A stretch of 64,000 bases of DNA, from NCBI RefSeq assembly GCF_902459465.1, contig NC_047080.1:11966001-12030000 (forward strand). The letters are read 5' to 3'. How positions within the stretch are numbered: position 1 is the stretch's first letter; every line of letters begins with the position of its first letter. Positions 23,921-36,669 of the stretch are shown piece by piece. The stretch is from Asterias rubens (taxonomy: Eukaryota). Below the pieces are notes generated by a model, which saw only the letters and a program-made list of their open reading frames with translations, did not search any database and had not been told where the DNA came from. Made by a program: the position numbers and the translations under genes.

Positions 23921-25138
23921 TTAAGATGTTTGTACATGAGTGAGATTGGCTTTTGCCAGCTTAGTGTTTATATCACCTTGTAAGAGTTTGCAGAGTTTCC
24001 TTTATTGGAAGACTCTTCTAAACAATATACAAAATCTACCATGATGAAGAAGTCGGAAACATTCTCACACAACATAAAAACCTACCCTAAACTATGAATT
24101 TCTTTTTACAAAGGTGCAACCATTTCAGAAAATAAAATCTTGCACGAGAGTTTATTAATAACAAGGAGCATGGATAACCTAACTTCATATAGGTGTTTTT
24201 AAAACATTTATATCATTTTGAAAACTCACACACACGTTTTAAACATAAATGTACATTTATACAACGTCTTAAAAATCATTCTGAAACCACCTCAGATTTA
24301 AGGACTTAAGGGTTTTTTTTATAGATAAAATGTACTTATTTGTGCGACTTAAGCTTATTTTGATTAAACACACACGTTTACTAGCAATTTGCAAGTTATC
24401 TGGATCGAGCTAGGTGTTTACAGGAGATTTTTAAAGTCTTATTCTTAGTCTGATCAAGCGACTCTGGCTATGGCTTGTGACAATAGAGAAGAATTTGCCT
24501 TTTCCGTTATGAAACCATAGCTACTGCTGAAGCCATCAATTCAGACCCGACCTACATCATGTGTTTGCATTGACGTCATCAAACCTTCTGGGCTGATAAA
24601 TGGATGGACGGATATACCACTATCAGTTTCTAAAAAATCCAATGTTATTGCATTGGGAAAACTAGGCACTAAACATCAGTTTGCTTTTTCATTGTCTTTT
24701 AAAATATATTTACAAACCATTAAAATTGCTCATTGTTTTGCACTGATGTCTAATCGTTGTTTACTAGTCACCGATTAGTGTGACCTTGCGAAATATATCG
24801 ATAAAAAAACATTTTATTTCCAATGAAACAAACTCCACAGACTGAGAGTCTTTTCTCCCTTCAAAAATAACCCTTCAAATTCAGCCACTATTTCAAGTTA
24901 TGGAAGACTCGACTTTCAAAGGAGTACGAAGAAAAATTAAGTGGAACATAATCGCAACTATTTTCATCATGATCAGCAACGAAACACTGGTCTGCATCCA
25001 TTTTACATCCATTTTTATTTTTAAAAAGAAAACGGATCCATTGATATCGTGAAGTGTTAACAGAACAGAAATCTTATGTGACCCAGTTAAGCCAAGAGTT
25101 GAAATATATTTCTCCAGAGAAACACTGGTCCGTCTTGA

Positions 25139-28100
25139 CTACTTGTCTGACATCTTGAAAGCATCTAAGACTTCAGTGAGGGCGTTAACATCGTCTACAA
25201 AATCCTTAAAGGAGAGCTGGAAGGAAATGAAAACAAAGAGTAATGTACAAGCATTTATAAATAGCAGTATTTACTGAGCAAAAACAAGGAGCCCGTCCTT
25301 GAGAATGTGTCACATTTATATACAAATTTAATTCCTTCACTGAAACAAAAAGTCAATAAAAAGAAAGGTTGCTTATAGTGTTATCTTTCCTCGCCTTCCA
25401 CCTCAGAGCCATGGTTCGAATCCCACTGGGGCACTATGTGGATTGGGTTTTAGTCCCTACCTGTCAGCATGGGTTTTCCCTGGAATGAATCTTTGTGGTT
25501 TTCCCCATGTCTAAAACTCAAATTTCTTGGGGTTCTCTTGACACCTCGACGTCCTTCTGAGAGTCCTTGGCTTCACAACCAGGCTAAATGACATTAAACT
25601 TCATTTCCTTCAAGACGTTATGTTCCTTTCACCTACCTCTTTCTTGACTGCTTTCTTCAATTTTTCAAAATGCTCAAGAACAGAGGGTGCACTAGCCTCA
25701 TGAGCATCTAACTTGGCATTACTGACATCCAAACTGTCATCAGATCGTCCACTTGTCTCTGCTCTCGATGTGACGTTGGTAATAAGCTCTTCACGCGTTC
25801 CTTCAAGGAATAGAGCACCCTCAATGTATCCAAACTGTTTGGTCAAAATAGAACAACCTTTTAATACTTGAATACTTTGCACATAATAATGACTGTGGCA
25901 TTTAGCTCTGTAATATTGGGACAGCTTGCTTTGCTCATGTGTTGCTATGGATGTTTTCAAATATTGACAAGCTGCAAAGACTAGTTCTTCATCATTACAC
26001 CAACTGGGATTGGTTTCCAAAAGTGCTACACTTGATCTTAAAATGTGCATCAATCTTTAGGTTTATTTGTTTACAGCAATATATTTCAAAGAAATCTAGG
26101 TAAAGTTCTGGAGAACAATGTCTACCTACCTCGCTAACAAACGACTCAGCCTGCTCAACTGTCCTTGGAAACCCGTCGACCACAAACCCATCAGCCTCAG
26201 AGTTCTTCTTCACCTCGTCTTGCATCACTTTCAATATAACCTCTTGAGGCACAAGACTACCTGCCAGGATGAGCTTGGCAACATCTTTGCTCTCCTGGGC
26301 CTCAAGCTCGGAAAAGGATCTCAAGAGCTCACCAGCCGAGAGGTGTACAAGTTTGTATTGGGCAGCTATCTTCTTTGCTACTTCTTTCTTTCCAGAGCCA
26401 GGGCCACCTGTATGAAAAAAAACAATCAATTAATAAATCACCCCGTGAACTCAACACTCGCCGCTTCTACACCCTGTCTACAGTCAGACGGCAGTCAGTG
26501 AATGAAAATTCAAGTTAATCTGCTTTGGTGAATGATTTGCAATGCCAGCCTGCAATAATATATCTTGTGGTGAATGCATAGTCAACCTTCTTACGGTCCG
26601 ACCTTTCAATATCATCCACTGTGGTTTTGAATAATAGATAAACTATGCCAGCCTGCAAAAAGATACCATGCAGCACATGACACTACACAGGCAACCCCCC
26701 TACTATCTGTCCATTTAATATAATCCACTATGGTTTCAAATGATTAAGCTATGCCAGCCTGCAATTTGATGTGGTGAATACATCTACACAGTCAACCCTC
26801 CTACTGTCTGCCCATCTAATATCATTCTGACTACTCACCGACAACAAAAATAAATCGTTGTTGTTTCTCTTCTGTTTCCTTCTCCTTGGGTTCTGCCTCC
26901 TTCTGTGTGGGTTCTGCCTCTTTCTCTGTGGGTTCTGCCTCTTTCTCTGTGGGTTCTGCCTCTTTCTCTATGGTTTTTGCCTCCACACCACGCTCCTTTA
27001 AGGCATTCTGCACTGCTGTGAATATACTGTCTGGATCACCCTCAGCTGAAATCTGCCAATGGTAAATAGTTGAAAAAAACCTCAAGTTGTGTGTGTGTTT
27101 TTTTTTTCCCCGCATGATTCAGGAAAGCACACAGCGCTCGACCTACATTGGTGTCAGGATGAAACCATTTGCTTATATTTCATGCATTTATTACATCAAT
27201 TAAGAGATACGCTAACGTTCCTCATCAGAGTCCTGTTTTCCAGCACTCCTCATCTATTCTTGCTCTGTATTAATTCCTGGAAATTAATTTAGGGTTGCTC
27301 CTTGTCTTCTTCCTCTGTCTACTTCTTTTGCTCAAGTCTTCACACTTTGGGAGGCTAATCATCCTTGCGTGCAACAGAGCCAAAGTGGGAAGGATGCGGC
27401 TTCAATGTGTTCGAGCCACAGCCATGAAAGCGCACATCGAGCCATGTATGATTCCATTGCAATGCCTTATATGTCCAACCTTCTCTACTATGAAGGTTGA
27501 ACCAGGCTCTTATCGTCTATTTGACAAGTCTGAAATTCCATATTTTAAAAGATGAGGGCCCTGTCAACTTTTACAGGCAACTTGGAGGCAACCAATTGCA
27601 ATGCATGCTACAGGACCACTTTGGTAGCACACAAGTCATTATTCGAACATTGTCTTAGGTTCCACAAGAAATATAGGTGAAATGTGAATGGCTTTTCTTC
27701 TTGGAAGTTGTCTGGAACTGGTTGCCTTTACATTGCCTCTTGTGACATGCCCAATAGTTGTCCTTGCCCATTACCTTAATAATCTTGTTCTTTTCTTCGT
27801 AGTAATCGACAACAGGCTTTGTAGCATTGTGGAAAGTCGTCAATCTCTTCTTGATGGTCTCTTCATTGTCGTCTACTCGACCGCTTGTCTCAGCTCGTTT
27901 CAATAACCTTTGTGTCATTATCTCATCAGACAGTTCAAAATACAAGGCACATGTGCACTCAGCAATCTGGAAACAAAATCAAAGTCACTTAAAATCCGCA
28001 AAATTTTACAAATTTAACATGTCAACTTGTTGCGAGGTAGTGTGATGTGAGGCAAGTGAAAATAAACTATTATTTCAAAGAAGACAATTTAGCTTTCTCC

Positions 28101-31100
28101 CTTAACAGTGGCCACTGGCCAAATGCTTGTTAAAACACTTGAGGACCAATTAAAGTTCTCTCCAAGTGGTTCGGTACCGTGTTAAAAAAAAAAAAACCTA
28201 TTTAATATGAAACATGGACCATTGCAAAAGGGTGACAGACTTAGTAGTTAAACAAGCTAACAGGTCCTGCTGGCTAGTTACGGAAAACGTTCAGTTCTGT
28301 AAATACTGCAGGAAAAATTATTTTTCAGACAATCAATACAGAGAAAGACTCTGCCAGGATAACAACTTTCGACAAATGGTACCAACATATATAGCACCAC
28401 GTCTTGAAAAAGTTTGTTTGAGATCAAGATTATTCTCTAATATCCCATAGACTTTTCTTGACTTCTTGTGCAAAGGAAGAGGAATGTTCGTCTGTAGTGT
28501 TTTTAAAGAAAGGAAGATTTCTCTACCTGTTTTTCAAATTCTACTCCTTGCTGGACCTCCCTAGGGTAGCCATCAATAAGGAACCCAGTTGAAGTCTCTG
28601 CTTTGGCTAACATGTTCTCCTTCAGCAACTCAAGAACAGTCTCCTGATATGACAAACAAATACAGAGAAAAAATGGATAACTAATTATTAGCGTCAAGCA
28701 TCAAGAGTCGTAGAACTCGTCAGACTGGCTGAAAACTGAGAAGAGTGGAGCCACATCGTCAAGAATGCAGGGTTGCACCAACGACCGCAAGGCTATGGGA
28801 CTTGATGATGATCAAAAACAACCTTATTTATTAACGTACAGAAACAATCCAGCCCTTGAGCTTTGTCTCAGGAAAAGGAAATATCTTAAAGAATTTGATG
28901 TCAAATTTGAATTTGTTTACACAAGGAGATCAATATTGAGCTACTTCAAAATTTATAGTTGGGTTACCTGTGGTACGAGGTCCCCATTTTCCATGATGGC
29001 TGTTAGCTTCTGACCTCTCTCTGACCCTGATTTGACCTCTGCCCTCAAGAGGTCACCAGATGACAAATGCGTAAAGCCGTAGGTGGCGACAAGTTTTTCA
29101 CACTGTGTACCTTTGCCGGAGCCTGGTCCGCCAACAACAAAAATGATCTTGCACTGTTTGAGCTTGTCAGCTACAAATACAAAATAAACAAAATATTTTT
29201 TATTTGATTATCTCACAGAATCACAGGATGTTTACAAATGTTTAAACTCTGTTGACTATAAAAATGAAATCATTAAAACCTAGGTACACCCAGTTAACAA
29301 AAAAGCATATTAAAAACCCAACTAATATTACAAATTATAGTTCATTTTCACCTGCAGTGTCGTTGAGTTGCACATTTTCTGCTGATTCTTTTTCTGGTTC
29401 AGCTGCATCTGAAATAAAAATTCACTTCTGGTAAGAACAGTGTTTTCGAAATAAACAACTTAGAAGCAGAAAATACTGCTGATTGAGTTGGGCACCAGTA
29501 ACTACAATATAATATAAGCTTTATGGATTTGTGGCTGGTAACCAGTTTATGTTAAGCCAGATTTGTCTTTGCTTTGCAAGTTATGTGTCATCAGCTGGAG
29601 TGGAGATTACATATATATTATAGAATATAATTCTTGATTTTAAGCAAGAATATGGGAATCATTACCTGCTGTTTCATCGATTACTGGAACTCCCTTGTCA
29701 CCCAATACTTCAGATTCAACTTTGGTCACTGGCTCTTCAACAACTGCAACAAGAAAGTCAAACACCACTAAACTTTTATCATTCACTACAAAAACTGTAA
29801 AATTGCCTTGAACTTTTTATCCTCTAAGCTACGGACAAAGTTCCACTCAAAACAAAAAAGCTTAAGGATCTTCCCCCTTCCACAGAAGAGTTTGTGTGGG
29901 TAAGGGATGAGTCTTGAGGGTGATGTAATAGGATACAAGAATGATTGTTAACATACCAGCTGGTTGGTCTAGTTCCAAATCTCGTCCTTTGTCTCCACAT
30001 ACTTCTGCTTTCTCTTTCATGACCGGTTCTTCAACAACTGCAACCAAACGTGACATTTTCCTTTGAATTAAACTAGAAAACTATCAAGACAACTGTCCCC
30101 CCCCCACACCGACCTCTCCTTCTGGTTTTCTCTTCTTTTCTTCCCAGAGCTTTGCATTATTTGGTCAAAGGCACTCTATAGGCCTAAATGTTGTGTTTGT
30201 TATAATTATCATTGAGAAGTTTTGACTAAATATTTCAATTTTTGTTTGCATTTCAAGCGCTTCACCGAGTTGCAGCAACTTACAGCATGTCACTTGTGTG
30301 ATTAAATGCCCCCTTAACAAAACCAGGCACACAAGGTAGCTGCACTACCCATTCATAAGGTGTACTCTATTCTATACCTTCTGGTTTAACTTCTTCATCC
30401 TCCTTTGTGGCTGGTTGATCTTGGGAATCTACGTCTTCCTTTGGAGGTTCCTCTGTCTTGGCTTCTGAAACAAAACAATAAAGAAAGGAATTTTTTTGAT
30501 TTGTTTAAATTAATTTGTATGAGCTAAATTCAACATTACAACATTGGTTCTCATGTGAGGTTTGTGGTAGCACCGTGTGTAAATCTTTTTTGAGTAGTGT
30601 TGGTTCTGAAAAGAACCAGTGGTTGGTTTACACTTCAATGTTTTGATCAGTGTGCTCTGATTGTCTTAGGAGAATGCTTGACTCTGTTGCTGGATGCTGC
30701 TTAAAGGATCCGGGTACTTTTTCAAAATGTCCACAGATTTACATTAAACTTACAGGGTTTGAAGATAATTATAGTGGAAAGCTTCCCTTCCAATATTACT
30801 AACTAAGGTTGTGTAGTTTTTGAGAAATGAGTAAAACAAGTCACAAAATAGTTTTGGTCTCATGAGACGAAAATTATGTTAGCATGTAAAATCCCCTTAA
30901 CCAGTTATGATATATACCAAAACCATAGCATAACTGGTTAAACCGTTTTTACATGCTAAAACTGAGACGAAAATTATTACTTTTACACATTTCTCAAAAA
31001 CTACAGCACCTCAGTAAGTAAAATTTCAATGGAAGCTTTCTACTATCATAATCTTCAAACTGTGTAAGTTAAATGTAAATCTGTGGACATTGTGTTTTTT

Positions 31101-34100
31101 GTTAGGAAAAAGTACATGTACCCTTTAAGCACTGACTTGGAGATTAACTGGTAGTTGGGCTCGGCTTAAAATAGATTAACACATGGTGCCACCGTAAACC
31201 TTACCTGATTATACTTCGACCATTCAAGTTTACAATTATTTATTACAATTACTTATTATCTTTACCTTCTTCAGCCTTGTTCTGTTCATCCATCATCGCC
31301 AATGCCTCAGCACCAAGTGCTTCTTTCTGTAGATGAGAAGAAAGTTGGGATATTGAGTGAAGGTAAGAAGAAATTATGTTTCTTAAGAGTTGTAGCATTC
31401 TCTTGTACTAGGTGTACAACTTGTACAAATGTGCACAATAATTTTTTTTAAATGAAGTCAGTGATAGTATTAAATATCTAGGATGTCCTACATAAACATT
31501 AACTGTTAGACACTTATTATTTAATTTTAAAGAAGACTTCGGTTGCTTTACCTCTGCTTCTGTCTTATCCACAATGCTTGGCTCAGTATTTATGTCTGTC
31601 TGGATTGGTGGGAGTGGACTTACTGATTTACCAATTATTCCAAGTTCAACACCTGGTGGAGAAAAATATTAATAAGTTAGACCAAAATACAACCAAGAAT
31701 ATGATATCAAGTACTTGCAATATTGATATTCTAAAAACCAGTCAAGAAATTTAATTAAGACTTAAAAAGCTTGTATTTAGAAGGACAATAAAGATAAGAA
31801 ATTTGCGGTGACACTATGTTAGAACTCTTTACAGTGATCGGTGGTTATGAGAAAAACCAATGAACTCAACGTTTCAGACAGTATACTCTTCTGTGGAGAC
31901 TGCTGGCTTCCAACAGGGTCTATGGCTTATAAAGGAGAGAGTGGGGTATAAGCCATAAGCCCAATTGGAATCTAGCAGTTTCCAGACGACGGACAGAGTC
32001 TACTGTCCGAAGTGTTGAGTCCATCGGTTCTTCTCGAAACCAGCGATCACTCTAAAGAGATCTAACTGGATGGTGTCACCGCAAATTTCTTATCTTTATT
32101 GTCCTTCCCAAATTCAAACCTTAAAACAAAGTTTGTAGCATGTAGGAAAGTCATAACTGTATTTGGGAAACTTCAGTGGGATTTTTTTTTAGGGGGTAAT
32201 CAATAACTTACTGTCTTTTGCAGCTTCAGGGTGTGGGGTGAAGAAACGTGAATCAATTAGTTTAGAGATATCGTAGAAAACTTCATCAACATCACGATCA
32301 CAGTTGACCTTGAGAAGAAATAAAAATTCTAAGATTAAAGAATATTCCTCACTAAGAAAGTACCTATGAAGTGTGTTACAACAATCTTTGGGAAGAATCA
32401 GCAAACAAAACGTCTATTTTGAAAAAGACAAACAATATACATCCAATAAAGTTTGAAAATAAACAAATAAGAAAAATCTGCGAACAATTTACTCTTTCAG
32501 TACCACGGTCAGCTGGCCAAGGTAGATGTACGATCTTTTTTATTCACTCAAAAAGTGTAATAAATAGTACATAAATGACCAATAAGATACATGTTATCAC
32601 CTGAGGGCATTATCACTCAAGAAATACTATTCACTTTGGGATGAACCAGGGCAACACCAATCGGCAAGAAACATTTTGTTTGTCAAAAAAAGACAAATTT
32701 TGTGTGTGCAGAATTTTGAAAAAAAAACAAAAAAAACACGTGGCATTTGATGTTCAAAACGAAAATTAAAAGTGGGCAGTGATTTAGTTAAAATAGCATT
32801 TAATAAAAAATCAAAGTTTTAAGATCCTACCGTTTCTAAAAGTCCCTTGTTCTCAAAGTGTTGAGTAACTGACACTGCACCTTCCTTAAAGTTGGACAAC
32901 CTGTTGGAGATAGCAGCATCAGTGTCGTCAGCTCGGTCACTTTCTTTCATCCGTTTCTCAAGACGGTTCTTTAGTCTCATCTCATCACACATCAAGAACA
33001 AGGCAACGTCTGCCGAACCAAACTATCAACAAAATTTACAAAATAAAGAATATTGAAACAAACATACATGGTTTAAGCCAGGATTTGGTTAAAGGGTGTC
33101 CAAATTTGCTGATTTTTTTTAACAAATTGTGAGAAAGGGTCTTAGAAAATCCCAAAGAAAGTTATAACCGTAAGTGCACCAAACAAATCCTCCTGTACCC
33201 TGATGTATGATTGATGTATAACCAAACCACAGTGGTGCCAAACCATGAATGTTTGACTTGAGACGAGGCAAACAACTTAAAGTTTCAATCTGTGGTTGTT
33301 GAGTTATCAGATAGGTTCAAGGTTAAATTTGAGTCAGGGCTCAAAATTTGTGGATACAATTCAGAGGACTGAAAGGGCTTGTGACCCACAGTCTAGAAAT
33401 GTTTTTACAAGACTGGAATAAAAAATAAACACTTTAACATTAATTTTTTTTTATTAGAGATATTACAAAGTGAGGTATTTCTGTTCAATTGAAAAACCAT
33501 AAGACCGACATGTCCAGTTGTGAGTCTACTTGCTAAACACTAAAATCATTAGCCTCAGGCCAAATTTAATAGAGGTGCTAAGCACAAAAATTTGCTTAGC
33601 CACTAAATTTCTTCCTTGATAAAACAGGATTACCAACCAAACTTCCATGTGACTTTCAGGATAACCCCAAACAACAGCTGAATACCAGTAACAAGCAATA
33701 CGCAACAAATGGAAATTTGGTTGGTAATTTTGTTTTTATCAAGGTAGAAATTTCATGCTAAGCAAACTTTTGTGCTTAGCAGCTCTATGAAATTGAGCTC
33801 TGTTGTCCAGGGTTAATTTTTAGCTCTATTGACGATGTAGGGATTAAGTCAGACTTACTTGTTTCTCAAATGCTTGCACTTGTTCCACACTCCGGGGGAA
33901 CCCCTCTATGATAAATCCCAGGATGTCTGGTTGCTTGGCTGCTTTACTCTCGATCTTTTTCTGCACCAAGTCAAGCGCCATTTCCTAGAAATACAAAGTT
34001 ATATTAATAATAAAGACATTTGTAACGCGCCAAATGCAAAAGCCTTTAAGCGCATAAAGAGACCAATCAAATATACAATGAGTGAAAGATACAATTACAA

Positions 34101-36669
34101 ATAAGCAGAATACAAACAAGCAACTTCAAACAAATGAGTTTTTAAAAGAGACTTACAACAGTGTAAAGAACTATTCTGGCAAATATGCACAGGAAGACTA
34201 TTCCAAAGAAAAAGGGCGTCGTAAGAAAATGATCCGCAATACCTTTGTTCGACTTGATATTCCAAATAAATTTTCTGCAATATGAAATCAAATTTACGAA
34301 AGTATGAATGTCTTACATGGGGGATAAGTTGCCCACTCGACACAACATCAGCCAGCATTTTCCACTTATCATCTTGGGGGTACTTCCTAAACTTGCGTCG
34401 CAGTAAGTTACCAACAGAAATGTGTAGGTATCCCTTATACCTGTCGGCCAGTCTGTGACAGTGCTCCCTCTTACTGCTACCTGGGCCACCTGTCAGGTCA
34501 ATTACATCCCAAATAATTAGTAGTGACAAATAATAAATAGAAAGTTTGTAATAGTAATAATAATAGTGGCTTCTTATATAGAACGCATATCCGTCACAGG
34601 CGCTTATCATACAGTATTTTTCTGCAAGATAGGGGGACTACGTTTATATTATGCACTCTGATTGGTCGAAAACTAGTCACATGGGGTGCATTAACATGTG
34701 AAATAAAGACCAGCTCTGTGAACTTTTGATTAATTGACCCCTAAACAAGCATACTGCTTTGTAAAAGTTATGTATGCACACTAAACTTGATGTGCACTGA
34801 ACTATCAAATAAACTTGTTTTTTTTTTGCGCGCAGGCCTCAAATAAACTCATGGCACACACAGAATTTGCTGTGTTGCCGTGTGTTTTGCTGTGGTGTCT
34901 TTTGTAAGGTTTTAATACAAGTTCAAATTTTTCTAATAAAAGTGCCCCTTAGCAGAGGGAAATTGATTCAAGGCCTGTGATGTTTTCATGTATTATAAAC
35001 AAGTAGGTTGCAGAGTTTTTAGTAACCCACAGGGCAAGTTGACAAGTTGTGCGTACTAACCCATATCAGCGATATTTGTCAGTGCTTAGAATTTGCTTTT
35101 TTTCTTCTTTTTTTTTAAACACTTACCAAGAACAAAGATGAACCTGATGTTAGGGAAAGGGAACTGTTTGACAGTGGTTACCGATGGTGACGTAGCAATT
35201 GGAGGCAGTGGACTGGAACGCTTCATTCCTAATGGTACTTCTGTAATAATAATGACAAGGGTTTAAATGAATTTGGCAGGATAAACCAATTAAAGAAAAA
35301 ACAAACAATGAAAAAACAAACAATGAAAAATTGTCAAAATTATGTTTGTACAGCAAGACAAGGCAACCTATTTGTGTTTGAAAACTTCTTCATTCCCCCT
35401 TTTCTTTTACTTAGGGTGAGGACACAACTTATTAGCTTAAATTGGAAATAAGGATAGTTTTTTGACACTCACTTCTAAAAGTTTTTTCAGAAAAGCTTTT
35501 TTCAGAAAAAAAGTTTGATAATTTTGTTAAATGGTGATAGTTTCTTGTTTATTAGGAAATCAAACGCTTATAGCATACCTGTAGTGAATGTAGGTTCACG
35601 TTCCAACGCTGGAGCAGCTTGGGTTGTATTAATGGGTGGCAAGGGAGCCTGACCTTTGACCTCATCAACAAATGTATTCCAGCGAACTCCATCACCTTGC
35701 TGTGTGCCTTTAATCTTGGTCAGGCATTCCAGCATATAATCTACATGGTCGCCTGGCTTATGGTACATCAGTCCAGTCATAAGACTCTGAAATCAGAAGC
35801 ATGATTTTATGGGTCAAAATTAGTGCCAAGTTTTAGGTTCCTTCCTCCGTGGTTTAGTGACTCCCTGATGAACAGACCTTAGTTTAAAGTAGTTTTTTAA
35901 GTACGATTTCTTTTATGAATCCTTCATGAGTTAATTATAACTTTTCAAGTGTAATGTTTTTCACGCCAATTGAAAATATTATGTTTGAAACAAAACAAAA
36001 ATATAATGCAAATACTAAATAGGTAAAGATTAACAGTGTATAACAGGCGAAGGGACACAAAAACTTAAAGTACATAACATTTATACATTACTGGGAAAAG
36101 TTTCCGTATGGCGCCACCACTTTTTCATTCGATATGAAATAATATAGTATCTAATTTACCTCAATGAGATATTCCTTTTTGTAAAAATGAGTGAAAAGGT
36201 GGTGGCGCCATACAGAAAGTTATCCCAACACTGTGCCGTTAATAACTTAAGTGAGAAGAACAAATGGCTATTTTATTGTAAAGTAGGCTTTATCACGGTT
36301 AAGTCAGCACTAAAAATGGGTGGCCTTCAAATGATCAACAAATGACAATTTTATATTTTCTAAAAGATTTCATTATCATTCATTTAATTTAATAATGCCT
36401 GATTTTCGGATCGTAATAAAACAAATATAAAGATAAACAAATTAAATAAATTGAAATTAACTCAATTCTAGCACAAATGCGGCTCACTGTTTATTGGAAG
36501 AAAAAAAAACCTGCAAATAATTAAATAGAAAAAACGCTTATAAGTATTGTTGTCCGGGAACTGGACACATGAAGTTATCCTGTCCCACCGACTGCCTTGC
36601 CCTTACCTCAAATAACTGCGGAATTTCCCGTTTTGACAAATACGTCTTGGTATCATCTCTGGATGCCAT
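25139..36669 (-). CDS. AK5: Adenylate kinase 5-like protein with N-terminal dimerisation domain and three AK domains (905 aa)
   Basis: 20 exons (plus coordinates): 36607-36669 ([21 protein letters not shown]), 35579-35786, 35127-35240, 34317-34489 (GGPGSSK), 33859-33984 (EGFPR), 32831-33022, 32212-32308, 31552-31652, 31266-31326, 30378-30464, 29957-30037, 29666-29743, 29352-29408, 28968-29170 ([21 protein letters not shown]), 28527-28643 (DGYPR), 27775-27966 ([13 protein letters not shown]), 26839-27052, 26130-26407 (GGPGSGK, DGFPR), 25637-25834, 25139-25216 (stop). Total 2718 nt with consistent phases. Confidence 0.93.
25385..25540 (+). mobile_element. tRNA-derived SINE with V-domain-like body
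   Basis: GGTTCGAATCCC B box then GGGGCACTATGTGGATTGGGTTT...TGGGTTTTCCCTGGAATG...; homologous copy on the minus strand at 60245-60412. Confidence 0.6.
26880..26975 (-). repeat. Coding 21-bp repeat (EKEAEPT x ~4) in the AK linker exon
   Basis: GAGAAAGAGGCAGAACCCACA repeated on the minus strand. Confidence 0.9.
30705..31124. mobile_element. TTAA-flanked fold-back MITE
   Basis: TTAA|AGGATCCGGGTACTTTT ... AAAAGTACATGTACCCT|TTAA, with imperfect internal inverted symmetry along most of its length. Confidence 0.75.
31780..32107. mobile_element. Palindromic fold-back element built from two inverted Penelope-like terminal repeats
   Basis: Perfect outer inverted repeat GAAGGACAATAAAGATAAGAAATTTGCGGTGACAC; arms stay imperfectly complementary to the centre (CTATGGCTTATA / TATAAGCCATA); each arm has hammerhead-like remnants. 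Confidence 0.7.
33556..33802. mobile_element. GGGCCC-family MITE
   Basis: CAGGCCAAATTTAATAGAGGTGCT ... AGCAGCTCTATGAAATTGAGCTCTG. Confidence 0.7.
33997..34262 (-). mobile_element. LINE (L2/CR1-type) 3'-end fragment
   Basis: Minus strand translates [34 protein letters not shown], typical of the L2/CR1 ORF2 C-terminus, followed by an (ATT)n-like tail. Confidence 0.7.
36093..36226. mobile_element. ~133-bp MITE
   Basis: TIR GGGAAAAGTTTCCGTATGGCGCCACCAC; near-identical inverted copy at 53159-53290 and degraded copy at about 54960-55085. Confidence 0.85.

Noticed and set aside
34095-34610. 171-aa ORF as one protein
   Set aside because: Chance fusion of intron, AK exon 4 and an L2/CR1 remnant.
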